Assembly (NCBI GenBank): GCA_965199495.1
Contig: CBDASK010000003.1
Coordinates: 1,440,001 to 1,504,000, forward strand
Reading direction: 5' to 3'
Length of the DNA stretch: 64,000 nucleotides
DNA from: Abditibacterium sp.
GTDB taxonomy: Bacteria > Armatimonadota > Abditibacteriia > Abditibacteriales > Abditibacteriaceae
In this document: piece by piece, positions 19,729-29,497 of the stretch
Position numbering within the stretch: position 1 is the first letter of the stretch
How the letters are laid out: every line of letters begins with the position of its first letter
The notes under the pieces: generated by a model
Told to the model about the DNA's origin: nothing
Databases searched by the model: none
What the model saw: the letters and a program-made list of their open reading frames with translations, nothing else
Program-made: the position numbers and the translations under genes

Positions 19729-22700
19729 ATGTTTTCGACGAAACATCAAGACAAAACGCTCGGCGATTTCGTTAAAGCCCGCCGTTTTCCCGCCGTGATT
19801 ACCGGCGCGCACATTCGCGAGTTACGCGAAAATCCCGATTCCGACGAAACGCTCGATTTCGTCGGCGGCTATTTAGGTTTCGACGCCCGTTCGCATCACG
19901 CCCTCGAAGCGTTATTGACGAGTTTGAGCGGCGACAAAGGCGGCGCGTTCTGGCTCAACGGCGTTTACGGCGCAGGCAAAAGCCACTTGCTGGGCGCCGT
20001 GGCTCTATTGTGCGATGGCGCCGCGCACGAAGTTTTCGGCGCGCTTTATCCGGCGTTCGCGCCGTTGTTAAAACGGTTCGCGCCGCGTCTGGTGATTTCG
20101 ATTGCGTTGGACGATTACAGTGCGCGCACCTTCGATTTGGAAGGAATTTTCTGGCGCGAACTCGATACGCAAGCCGCGCGGCAAAACCTGAATTTGCCCG
20201 CGCGCAAAGCCGATGAATCGCGCGCGGAAAACTTCGCGCAATTGGAAAACGCGTTGCGCGAAAACGGTTTGAGCGGCCTCGTCATTTGCATAGACGAAGT
20301 TTCGCTGTTTTTGGGCGGGCGCGAGCGCGAGGGCTTGCAAAGCGACGCGGCGTTTTTGCAGTTTTTGGGGCAACATTCGCGGCGTTCGGCGCTGTGGATC
20401 GTCGGCGCCATCCAAAAAACAGTCGAAGACATCGGCGATTTGGAAACCTATTCGTTGAGTCAAATTCGTGACCGCTTCACCACGTTGCCGCTTTCGCTGG
20501 CGCATTTGCCGGCCCTCGTCGAGGCGCGCTTGCGCGTGATTTCTGATGCGCAAGCCGTTGACGAATTGTGCGCGCAAACTTTCGCCGCGCAGAGCGAAGC
20601 GTTGCCGCGTTTGGATTTCGGGCCGCAGGAATGGCGCGCGCTGTTCCCATTTCATCCCTCTGCGATTGATTTACTCGAAAAGGTGACCAGCCGATTTTTC
20701 TCGCGCACACGCAGTGCGGCGTTGTTTTGCGTTCACGCGTTGGATAAGTGCGGCGATGAGGCAGCCACGGCGCGCGTGGGGCCGGAACGAATTTGGGATT
20801 ATTTCGTGCCCGAACTCGAATCGCACCCCGATTTGCGCGCGCTGGGCGAAGTCTGGGAAAGCTGGGAGCCGCTCGCCGCTTCGATTGCGCCTTCGGACTC
20901 GGACGATATGCGGAGAACGATGAAATTTTTGTTGGTCAGCAAAATCGCCGGACAAAACCCGACGCCGCTTCACGTCGCCAACGCATTGGGATTCGATGTC
21001 GGATTGGGCGGCGACGGCAACCTTGATTACGCGCGACAGTTATTAGAAAAATTGCGCCGCAACGCGCCGTTTGTCGCGCTCGAACGTGGCGACGAGGCCT
21101 TGGGCGACCGTTACGCGATTGATCTGGGCAAGCGCGTCGGCGAATTGGCGCGGCGCCAAATCGCCCAATCCGCCGAAGGTTTGAGTGTGGGCGACGCACG
21201 TTTGATGGCGCAGGCGCTACGCGCCGCTGGGGCCGAGCCGATGCCGCTATCGCAATTGAGCGGTGGCAATATCGCGACGATGTGGGCCAACTCGCCGCGC
21301 GCGATTGCGGTTGATGTCGAAAGCGGCGCGAGTGCTGCGACTTTGGCCAATCGCATCTTGTCCACGCGCGAAGCGGGCGCGTTGGCCAGCGCGTTTTTAT
21401 TGATTTTGCCGCCGTTTTCTTTAGATGAATGGGACAGATTTGGCGTGATAAATCTACTCGAAGACCCGCGCGACCGCGCCGCGTTTTGGATGTGGAAGCC
21501 GCGCCCACCCGCGCGAGACGAATGGGAATTGTGCCGCGAAAGCGAGGCGGCGCGTTTAGCGGCGTCCGATCCGGCACTGGCCGACAACCGGCGCGGACGA
21601 GCGATCACAGAACATCTCGAAAAAGGTGCGTCCGCCCGCGACGCGCAACTTGCGCGCGTGGTGACGCGACTTTATTTGGAAGGCGAATTGGTGTTGGGAA
21701 CCGGCGTGGCTCTGGAAGCCGCCGAACTGGCGCGCGGCGAAACCTTCGCGGCGCTGTTGGAAAGCGTTGCCGACTTCGCTTTGCCGCAACTGTTTCCGCG
21801 CTGGCCCGAAATCGCGCCGCGCGCGCGACTTCTCACGCCATCCAACGCCGACGCTTTGTGTCTCGAAATTCTGCGGCGCCCGACGAGCGAACCGTTTTTC
21901 GCGCCCTCGCTCGAACGCTTGGCGCGTCACGTCGCGATGCCGCTCGGATTGGCGACTTCGAGCGCCGGGCGCTGGAAAATCGCGCCCGGTTTAGACGCGT
22001 GGCGCGAGCCGTTTATCCAAAGCGTCGGCGGCGGCGCGACATTGAGCGCGCTCGAAGCGATGTGGGCGAAAAACGAATGGGGCTGGCCCGCCGAAACGTT
22101 CGCGCTCGCGGTTTGCGCGTTGCTACGCGACGGCGAATTGAGCGCACTCGATGCGCGCGGCCAAGTTTTGTCGCCCGCGCAAATCGGTTTGCCTTTGCGC
22201 CGCAGCGTCCATTCGCTCAAACCGGGCGAGTTGCCCGACAACCAAATGTGGACGCGCGCGGCGAGTTTCGCCCACGTCGTTTTGCGCGAAAAAGTCGGCG
22301 CGCCGTCGTTCGAGGCGACGCAGCAATTGGCCGCGCGTATCGCGAATTGGCAAAGCGAAACCACGCGCGAACTCGAATTGGCGCGCGCCCGCGCCGCGCA
22401 GTGTCGCCGCCAATTGAATCACGATTCGCAAAGCTGGCCCCATTTTGAAGCGGCCTCGAATACGATTGGCGAGGCGTTGCAATCCTTGCCGCGTGATGGC
22501 GCGCCCGACGCGCTGATAGCAGCCACGGCGAACGTGGACGGCGAAGCCTTAGCGCGCGCGTTGCGCGAATTGGAAGTGACGGGCGCGCTTTTGGAAACGC
22601 GTTTGCCGACGCTTTTATCCACGCACGCGATGTTGGGTGACGGACAAAATGCGGCGCCATCACAGCTTTCGCAAAGTCGCGGCGAACTGCGTGCGCGTTT

Positions 22701-23373
22701 TGCGGCGGGCGAAAGCACGTTGCGCGACGACGATTTGCTCGAAAGCGCGGCCAAATGGAACGCCGAATATGCTGAATCTTACGCTCAATGGCACGGCGCG
22801 CAACACGACGCCGCGCGCTGGAATTCGCTGCGCCGATTGAACCAATCCGATGGTTTACGCGCGCTCGAACGACTGGCGATTTTGCGTCATCGTCCGCTCG
22901 AAGGCGGCGCGAAGATTCGCGAAATGTTGGACGGAGAGTTGTCCAAATTTTGCGCGCGCGATGGCCAACTCGAACGCGGCGGCGCGACGTGCGCTTCGTG
23001 CGATTTGCGCTGGGGCGAGCGTTTGCAGTTAGCCGATCCAATTCAAATCGCAGCGCAAATCGAAAACGGTTTAGCGCCACTGCGCGATTGGCTCGCGGAT
23101 AAAGAAGTGCGCCCGCATTTGGAACGGCGCCGTAGCGCGTTGTTGGATTGGAACGGGCAAGCGAGCGAATTGAGTGCGCTTTTAACGCCCGCAACTTTGG
23201 CCGATTTGGACGCGGCTCTGGCGCCGCGCCGCCGCGTTACGCGTTCGATGGGCGAGTTGGAAAGCGCGTTAAAAGAGTGTCGCACGCAAAGCGAGTGCGC
23301 GGCGACGTTCGCGATTTGGCTCGATGGCGGACAAGGTTTGGCGGGCGAAGACGAGATCGCGTGGCAGGATTGA
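19729..23373 (+). CDS. Large P-loop ATPase, DUF6079 / BREX BrxC(PglY)-like
   Basis: Walker A GVYGAGKSH, Walker B LVICIDE, IRDRF, FPFHP, C-terminal C..CxxC motif; about 1214 aa. Confidence 0.7.
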   Translation: MFSTKHQDKTLGDFVKARRFPAVITGAHIRELRENPDSDETLDFVGGYLGFDARSHHALEALLTSLSGDKGGAFWLNGVYGAGKSHLLGAVALLCDGAAHEVFGALYPAFAPLLKRFAPRLVISIALDDYSARTFDLEGIFWRELDTQAARQNLNLPARKADESRAENFAQLENALRENGLSGLVICIDEVSLFLGGREREGLQSDAAFLQFLGQHSRRSALWIVGAIQKTVEDIGDLETYSLSQIRDRFTTLPLSLAHLPALVEARLRVISDAQAVDELCAQTFAAQSEALPRLDFGPQEWRALFPFHPSAIDLLEKVTSRFFSRTRSAALFCVHALDKCGDEAATARVGPERIWDYFVPELESHPDLRALGEVWESWEPLAASIAPSDSDDMRRTMKFLLVSKIAGQNPTPLHVANALGFDVGLGGDGNLDYARQLLEKLRRNAPFVALERGDEALGDRYAIDLGKRVGELARRQIAQSAEGLSVGDARLMAQALRAAGAEPMPLSQLSGGNIATMWANSPRAIAVDVESGASAATLANRILSTREAGALASAFLLILPPFSLDEWDRFGVINLLEDPRDRAAFWMWKPRPPARDEWELCRESEAARLAASDPALADNRRGRAITEHLEKGASARDAQLARVVTRLYLEGELVLGTGVALEAAELARGETFAALLESVADFALPQLFPRWPEIAPRARLLTPSNADALCLEILRRPTSEPFFAPSLERLARHVAMPLGLATSSAGRWKIAPGLDAWREPFIQSVGGGATLSALEAMWAKNEWGWPAETFALAVCALLRDGELSALDARGQVLSPAQIGLPLRRSVHSLKPGELPDNQMWTRAASFAHVVLREKVGAPSFEATQQLAARIANWQSETTRELELARARAAQCRRQLNHDSQSWPHFEAASNTIGEALQSLPRDGAPDALIAATANVDGEALARALRELEVTGALLETRLPTLLSTHAMLGDGQNAAPSQLSQSRGELRARFAAGESTLRDDDLLESAAKWNAEYAESYAQWHGAQHDAARWNSLRRLNQSDGLRALERLAILRHRPLEGGAKIREMLDGELSKFCARDGQLERGGATCASCDLRWGERLQLADPIQIAAQIENGLAPLRDWLADKEVRPHLERRRSALLDWNGQASELSALLTPATLADLDAALAPRRRVTRSMGELESALKECRTQSECAATFAIWLDGGQGLAGEDEIAWQD

Positions 23374-23423
23374 GCGCATCGCAATTTGCTCAAGGCGCCG
23401 CTTTTGCATGGCACAAAGCAATT

Positions 23424-24617
23424 GTGACAATTCATAAATTCGGCGTCGCGCTCACGATTATGAGCGGCGCCCTGTTCTGTTCTTCCCTTTCCGCACGCGC
23501 CACCGACAAGTTCGGTGCCCAAAACGCGGGCGGCGTTTCGGTCAAAGGTTTGAATCGCGACCAAGCGATTCAACGCCTCAAACGCGAGCTGGCGCCCAAA
23601 CTCGATAAGCCGATTCAATTGCGCGCCGGGCCAGCGAACGATATCAAAACCGTCACACGGCGGCGCAGCGATGTAGGTTTCAACGTGAACATCGGCAAAA
23701 TGCTGGCGCGCCTGGAGCGCGGCGACAAATATGTTCCGATCTTTTTTCGCGTGGATACCGACAAAGCGCAACGCGCGTTGCGGCGCGTGCAAAACGCGCT
23801 GAATACGTCGCCCACAGATGCGCGCCCGGTTTATTTCAAGAAGAAAGTGCGCATCAATTCGCAAAAGTCGGGCGGGCGTTTGGACATCGGCGCCAGCGCC
23901 GTGGCTCTTCGTCAGCGCGCCGAAAAAGACGCGGCGCAAACGCGTTTTCCGCTCGTGCGCAAGGCCGTCGCGCCCAAAGTTAGCGCCGCCGATTTGAAAG
24001 GTATTAACGCGATTTTGGCGACGTATACGACCGATTTGAACCCCAACAAAAAGGGCCGCACCACCAACGTTCGCGTCGCCAGCCAGACCATTGATGGCAC
24101 GGTGTTGAAGCCCGGCGCCGTGTTTTCGCTCAACGATACTGTGGGCGAGCGCACGCCTCAACGCGGTTACAAAAAAGCGATTATTTTCGCCAATCGCCAA
24201 CTCAAAACCGAATACGGCGGCGGCGTTTCGCAGGTGACGGGCACTTTGTTCAATGCTGCGCTCGAAGCCGGTTTGCCGATTGTGACTTATCGCGTTCATA
24301 CGCGCCCGGTCGAATATATTTCGCTGGGCCGCGACGCCACGGTTTCGTGGGGCAACTTCGATATGAAGTTCAAAAATAACACGGCGGCGCCGATTTATAT
24401 TTCCTATAAATTGGAAGGCAGCGAATTGACCGCGCGTTTATTCGGCCACAAAACCGGCAACAAAGTTAAAATCAGCGTCCGTTCGCAACACATCGGCGAG
24501 CGCGAAATCAAAGCGCAATTGTATCGCACAATTCGGCGCGATGGCAAAGTCATCACCAAACAACGCGTTGGCACTTCGCATTATAAATGGGAAAAAGACG
24601 AAAATCCCAACGATTAA
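23424..24617 (+). CDS. VanW family protein with N-terminal putative peptidoglycan-binding domain
   Basis: FSLNDTVGER, GGGVSQVTGTLFNA, GRDATV, DMKFKN; signal peptide; GTG start estimated. Confidence 0.85.
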   Translation: MTIHKFGVALTIMSGALFCSSLSARATDKFGAQNAGGVSVKGLNRDQAIQRLKRELAPKLDKPIQLRAGPANDIKTVTRRRSDVGFNVNIGKMLARLERGDKYVPIFFRVDTDKAQRALRRVQNALNTSPTDARPVYFKKKVRINSQKSGGRLDIGASAVALRQRAEKDAAQTRFPLVRKAVAPKVSAADLKGINAILATYTTDLNPNKKGRTTNVRVASQTIDGTVLKPGAVFSLNDTVGERTPQRGYKKAIIFANRQLKTEYGGGVSQVTGTLFNAALEAGLPIVTYRVHTRPVEYISLGRDATVSWGNFDMKFKNNTAAPIYISYKLEGSELTARLFGHKTGNKVKISVRSQHIGEREIKAQLYRTIRRDGKVITKQRVGTSHYKWEKDENPND

Positions 24618-24778
24618 AATTTCAATAGCCACAGAGTTCGCAGAGAACACACAGAAGGGCACAGAGAGAACGAAGAAATTAAAAGAACAGGAAATCGCTT
24701 TCTTTTTTTTTTAATTTCTTCGTTCTCTCTGTGCCCTTCTGTGTGTTCTCTGCGAACTCTGTGGCTATTGAAATTTTA
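24615..24778. repeat. Long perfect inverted-repeat element, family E (agccacagag type)
   Basis: 70-bp perfect arms running from the vanW stop codon to the rodA stop codon. Confidence 0.92.
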
Positions 24779-25924
24779 TCGCCGATGCGAACTCACGCTT
24801 TGCAAAAGTCCCGCGCACAACGAAAAATTGAGAAAACTCGATCCGCCGTAACTGAAAAATGGAAGCGGCACGCCGGTAATCGGCATCACGCGCATCGTCA
24901 TGCCGATGTTGATGATGCAGTGAAACGCCAACAGCGCCGTGAAACCGCCGCATAATAATACGCCAAAATAGTTATCGGCGAAAATCGCTAAATTGGTGGC
25001 GCGGTATAAAAGCAGAAAATAACAACCGATGAGGAGTGCGCCGCCCAGAAAGCCCAATTCTTCGGCGACGACGGTAAAGATGAAATCGGTCTGGTTGAAC
25101 GGAACGTAATTGGCGCGGTTTTGCATGCCCTCGCGATAACCTTGCCCAGTCAATTGGCCGCCGCCAATGGCAATCAAACTTTGGTCGAGTTGATAATTAT
25201 CTTTCGATTTCGGGTCGGCGAACGCGGTCAAGCGCGCGACTTGATGCGGTTTTAAGACGCCCGATTTGTAGGCGCCAAACATCAGCAATATTCCTATCAA
25301 CGTCACGATGAGCAGATGTTGCCAGCGCGCGCCGCCAAAAAACATGATGCCAAACCAGATGGACAAAATCGCCATCGCCGTCCCAAAATCGGGCTGTTTG
25401 AGAATCAGCAACAACGGCGGCGCCAGATACAGCAACGATAGCGCGACGGTGCGTCCCTCGTTGATACGCGTTTGGCGACGCGTGACGAACGCCGACAACG
25501 CCAGCAACAAAGCGAACTTGGAAAATTCGGAGACTTGCAGCGACAATGGCCCGATGAATATCCACGATTTGGCGCCATTGACTTCGCGCCCGACCAATAA
25601 AACGCCGACCAGCGCCGCCAGATTCATCCAATAAAGCCAGCCCTGCAAATACATCAGCCACCGGTAGTTGGCAAATCCCAGCGCCGTCATGGCGCCCAAA
25701 CCCAAAACGATAAAACCGATTTGTTTGGCCGCGTCGCTGGGTTGCCCGTGATGAAGTAAAGGCGTGCCCGGTGGCTGTGTCGCCGAAATTACGGTGAAGG
25801 CGCCCCACACCGACAGGAAAACCACGAGCGCCCACAACGGCCAATCGAAGCCCCAGATCGAGCCGCGCCCAGACGCGGAAATCGTAGCGGAAGTCGGGAG
25901 ATTGGATTGAGAAACGGAAGCCAT
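24776..25924 (-). CDS. rodA: Rod shape-determining protein RodA (SEDS family)
   Basis: NGAKSWI, LQVSEFSK, QPDFGT, TDFIF, EELGFLG, PITGVPLPFFSYGGSS. Confidence 0.92.
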   Translation of the reverse strand: MASVSQSNLPTSATISASGRGSIWGFDWPLWALVVFLSVWGAFTVISATQPPGTPLLHHGQPSDAAKQIGFIVLGLGAMTALGFANYRWLMYLQGWLYWMNLAALVGVLLVGREVNGAKSWIFIGPLSLQVSEFSKFALLLALSAFVTRRQTRINEGRTVALSLLYLAPPLLLILKQPDFGTAMAILSIWFGIMFFGGARWQHLLIVTLIGILLMFGAYKSGVLKPHQVARLTAFADPKSKDNYQLDQSLIAIGGGQLTGQGYREGMQNRANYVPFNQTDFIFTVVAEELGFLGGALLIGCYFLLLYRATNLAIFADNYFGVLLCGGFTALLAFHCIINIGMTMRVMPITGVPLPFFSYGGSSFLNFSLCAGLLQSVSSHRR

Positions 25925-25952
25925 CGCGAACACAGTTTAAGCGCGGCTCAGT

Positions 25953-27047
25953 TTAAGGGCGCGTTGCCATCTTTCCATCCACGCACCACACGCCGAAAAT
26001 CCCGTTAATCTTCGTGCTGGAAAGCGCACTCACAGTTTGCGAATCTTTGCTCCACAACGAATTCCACAGTTGGTTCGATGATTCAAGCGCCGCGAACGGA
26101 AACGAAATATCGGCGAAGTCGCGCGCATTTTCGTCGCCCGTCCAAACCGCCATGTGCGAGTGGTTCATATCGCCGTCGGGCGCCAGTTGCGCCGATAAAA
26201 GCGTGGTGCCGTCGCTCATTTGGCACAAATAAGGCGCGCCCGCGTAAGCAGCCACGGCGAGCGGCTCTTTGAGCGCGCCCCAACGATTGGGACTGGCGCC
26301 ATCAATATATCCATTGGTTTGCGGCGCGATGATCACCGGCTTGAAAGTGCCGCTCAAGCCGTTATCTTCGATGGCCATCACGATTTTTCCGTTGCGCAAA
26401 ACCAGCGAAACCGGCATTCCGTCGCGCGCTTGGGCACGAAAAGTGACGGTTTGTGGCACGCTCCAATTGTGGCCGTTATCGCGTGAAATCAAACGCGTTA
26501 TTTGCTGCTCGTTAGTCGTGGAATAAGGCGCTTCGTTGGCGAAGTAAAGTTGAATCGAACCGTCGGGCGCATTAATCGCGCGCGGTTCCCAGCAACCGTT
26601 CTCGAATGTCGTGCCCGCGCGATAAACCGCGACGGGCGCGCTCCACGTCAGGCCCGCGTCGGTGCTGCGACACGTCGCAATCGTGAACGGCAAACCGGTG
26701 TCGCGGCGCGGGCGCCCATTGAAACTGCACAGCCAATCGCCGCCAGGCACAATCAACAGTTCGGGATTGGCGGCGTGATAATTTGCTAAATCGGCGACAT
26801 TGATTTCGTCGCCCCACGTTACGCCATTGTTGCTGCTGCGTTTTACGCGAATGCCACCGCCATGTTCGTAAATGCACGCGACGTTGCGCGCGTCAACGCG
26901 CGCAACGCGGGCGTAATTGCCGCCGCTTTGAATCAATTGCAAAGTTTGGTTTTGCCATTGAATCGGCGCGGCCACAGCAAGCAGAGAATACCAAGGCGTC
27001 ATCAGACAAATGAATATCCAGATTTTGGCATGGCGCGAGAAGTTCAC
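25953..27047 (-). CDS. Secreted sialidase-like BNR/Asp-box repeat protein
   Basis: Asp-boxes SSNNGVTW, STDAGLTW, SRDNGHNW. Confidence 0.75.
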   Translation of the reverse strand: MNFSRHAKIWIFICLMTPWYSLLAVAAPIQWQNQTLQLIQSGGNYARVARVDARNVACIYEHGGGIRVKRSSNNGVTWGDEINVADLANYHAANPELLIVPGGDWLCSFNGRPRRDTGLPFTIATCRSTDAGLTWSAPVAVYRAGTTFENGCWEPRAINAPDGSIQLYFANEAPYSTTNEQQITRLISRDNGHNWSVPQTVTFRAQARDGMPVSLVLRNGKIVMAIEDNGLSGTFKPVIIAPQTNGYIDGASPNRWGALKEPLAVAAYAGAPYLCQMSDGTTLLSAQLAPDGDMNHSHMAVWTGDENARDFADISFPFAALESSNQLWNSLWSKDSQTVSALSSTKINGIFGVWCVDGKMATRP

Positions 27048-27189
27048 GAACGAATTGGAAAAACGCGGGCGCGGCGAAGTTGCGATTTGAATTCAGACGC
27101 TTTAACTGGAAGCGCCCGACAGCTCTAAAACGTCAAGGTTTTCCCGCGCTACTCCAACCGTCTTTTGGAGACCTTTCTAAACTCACCTC

Positions 27190-29421
27190 GTGCCCGTTTC
27201 TTCCGTTTCCGATTCTCCTTCCACCCATCCGCTCTCGGCCTCCGACGACCGCCAACTGACCAAAATTTTGGGCACGGACGGTTTCATGGCGAACATGATG
27301 GCGGCGCAGAAACGGCACTTCGAGGCGCGACCCGAACAATTGGAAATGGCCAAAGCGATTTTTGCCGCCGCGCGCGAGAAAAATCATTTGTTGGTCGAAG
27401 CCGGAACCGGAACCGGCAAATCTTACGCGTATCTGGTGCCGCTGATTTTGTGGGCCGTCGAAACCAAAAAACGCGTAATGATAGCCACCGGCACCAAGGC
27501 ACTGCAACAACAGTTGGTCGAGCGCGATTTGCCGTTTTTGCACGAACTGTTCAAGTCGCACATGGGCACCGACATCAAGTTCGCTTTATGTCTGGGAACC
27601 GGCAATTATGTGTGCCCGCGCCGATTAGCAAAAACCGAATCGCTGGGTTTGTTTGGCGACAGTAAAGAGGTCGAACAATTACAGCAGTTGCATCGTTTTT
27701 CGGCATCGTCGCCGACGGGCCGCAACGTGGATTTGGACTTTGAGCCTGCCCGTGGCTTGTGGGCGCAGGTCAATCGCGAATCGGATTTGTGTCTGGCGCG
27801 CAACTGCCCGCATTTCGAGCAATCGTTCTATTGGAAGGCGCGGCGCGAACAGGAAAAAGCGCAGATTTTGGTCGCCAATCATCATTTGCTGTTCGCCCAT
27901 ATCGCGGCGGGCGGCAACGCGGGCGGCGTTTTGCCCGCCTTTGACGCGCTCGTGATTGACGAAGCGCATCACGCCGAAGATGTCGCGGCGAGTTATTTGG
28001 GTTTGGAAATCTCGAACCTGAGCGCGGCGAAATTAATCGAATTATTGTCAAATCGTAAATCGGGCAAAACCGTGATTAGCGCGACCAAATGGCCGCAGCG
28101 TGGCGAACTCGAAAGCCGCTTGAACGAAGCCGCGACCGAAGCGCGCGAAGCCGTCGGCAGGTTTTTCGAGAATTTGCAACGCGCGATGAACTTTCACGAA
28201 GGCCGTAGCCAGACGATTCGCATTACGCGGCCCGGCATTATCGCCGACGAACTGGACGAGCCGATTCTGAAAATTGAAACCATTATCGGCACGGCGTTGC
28301 GGCTGGCAGTTTTGAGCGAGGACGAAGAATTATCGCGCGAGTTGGAAGGCTACGCCAATCGTTGCGCTGAAATGCGCCGCACCGTGCGCGATATTCTGGG
28401 CCAAACGCGCGACGGCTACGTTTATTGGACGCAAAGCGTGCCGCGTCTGCCCGATGGATTTGGCAAAGCCGAACGCGTGCCGAGATTAAGTTTGCACGGC
28501 GCGCCAATTGAAGTCGCACAATCCATGCGCGAATCGGTGTGGAAGCAGTTCAAACCGACGATTTTGACTTCGGCGACTTTGACGACCGGCGGCAGTTTCG
28601 ACTTTTTGGTCGAACGCTTGGGCCTGAGCGTGCCGCCAATTATCGCGGACGCGGCGGAAGATAAAAACGCGAAACTGACGAAAACGTCCGCCGCCAAAGC
28701 CAAGGCGCCCGATGCAGCCACGGCAACCGACTCCGAGGCGCCCGAAGAGTTCGACGTGCGCACATTGACGCTGGGCAGTCCGTTCGATTACGGGAAAAAC
28801 GCGCTGATTTACGTCGCGGCGGATTTGCCCGATCCTTCGACGAACGTTTCGTTTTGGGAAGAAGCCGCGATTAAACGCGCGGCGGAAATCATCAAGCGCA
28901 CCGACGGCAAAGCATTTATTTTATGCACCAGTTATCGTTTGGTTGACCAGACCGCGCGCTTTTTGGAGCGCGTGATGCCCGCACGCATCCGCATTTTGCG
29001 GCAGGGAGAAATGGCGCGCGGCAAATTATTGAGCGAATTTCGCAAAGACACCCATTCGGTTTTGGTCGGCACCACGAGTTTCTGGCAGGGCGTTGACGTG
29101 CCGGGCGAAAGCCTGTCGTGCGTGATTATCATGAAACTGCCGTTCGCCGTGCCCGACGAGCCGATGGTGCAGGCGCGCGTCGAAACCATCAAAGAGCGCG
29201 GTCAAGACGCCTTCGTCGGCTACCAAGTGCCGCAAGCCGTGATGATGTTTCGTCAGGGTTTTGGCCGTTTAATCCGCACCGCGACCGACCGTGGCATCGT
29301 GGCGATTATGGATCCGCGCGTCAAGACCAAACCCTATGGCCGCACGTTTTTAGAGTCATTGCCCGACTGTAATCGGACGGAAGAATTGGATCGCGTCAGT
29401 TTGTTCGTAACGGGCATTTAA
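27190..29421 (+). CDS. dinG: DinG/YoaA family ATP-dependent DNA helicase
   Basis: EAGTGTGKS, IDEAH, LTSATL, FWQGVDVPG, QGFGRLIR. Confidence 0.92.
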   Translation: MPVSSVSDSPSTHPLSASDDRQLTKILGTDGFMANMMAAQKRHFEARPEQLEMAKAIFAAAREKNHLLVEAGTGTGKSYAYLVPLILWAVETKKRVMIATGTKALQQQLVERDLPFLHELFKSHMGTDIKFALCLGTGNYVCPRRLAKTESLGLFGDSKEVEQLQQLHRFSASSPTGRNVDLDFEPARGLWAQVNRESDLCLARNCPHFEQSFYWKARREQEKAQILVANHHLLFAHIAAGGNAGGVLPAFDALVIDEAHHAEDVAASYLGLEISNLSAAKLIELLSNRKSGKTVISATKWPQRGELESRLNEAATEAREAVGRFFENLQRAMNFHEGRSQTIRITRPGIIADELDEPILKIETIIGTALRLAVLSEDEELSRELEGYANRCAEMRRTVRDILGQTRDGYVYWTQSVPRLPDGFGKAERVPRLSLHGAPIEVAQSMRESVWKQFKPTILTSATLTTGGSFDFLVERLGLSVPPIIADAAEDKNAKLTKTSAAKAKAPDAATATDSEAPEEFDVRTLTLGSPFDYGKNALIYVAADLPDPSTNVSFWEEAAIKRAAEIIKRTDGKAFILCTSYRLVDQTARFLERVMPARIRILRQGEMARGKLLSEFRKDTHSVLVGTTSFWQGVDVPGESLSCVIIMKLPFAVPDEPMVQARVETIKERGQDAFVGYQVPQAVMMFRQGFGRLIRTATDRGIVAIMDPRVKTKPYGRTFLESLPDCNRTEELDRVSLFVTGI

Positions 29422-29438
29422 GGGAGCGGAAAAAGGAG

Positions 29439-29468
29439 TTGACTTCGTCAACGAAAAAGAGTTATAAT
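29439..29468 (+). promoter_or_regulatory. Candidate sigma70 promoter
   Basis: TTGACT-18 bp-TATAAT, 29 nt before ATG 29498. Confidence 0.6.
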
Positions 29469-29497
29469 TGCAAAGCGTTAGTCATTGGAGCAACTCT

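Noticed and set aside
23424..24617. Vancomycin resistance cluster
   Set aside because: Lone vanW-family gene with no vanHAX/vanRS; such proteins are widespread.
24615..24778. CRISPR array suggested by repeated cacagag units
   Set aside because: It is an inverted repeat, not direct repeats with unique spacers; no cas genes in the window.
24438..24955. Two track ORFs with identical N-termini (MPFCVFSANSVAIEIL); likewise 42470-42684
   Set aside because: Artefacts of translating the two arms of a palindrome.
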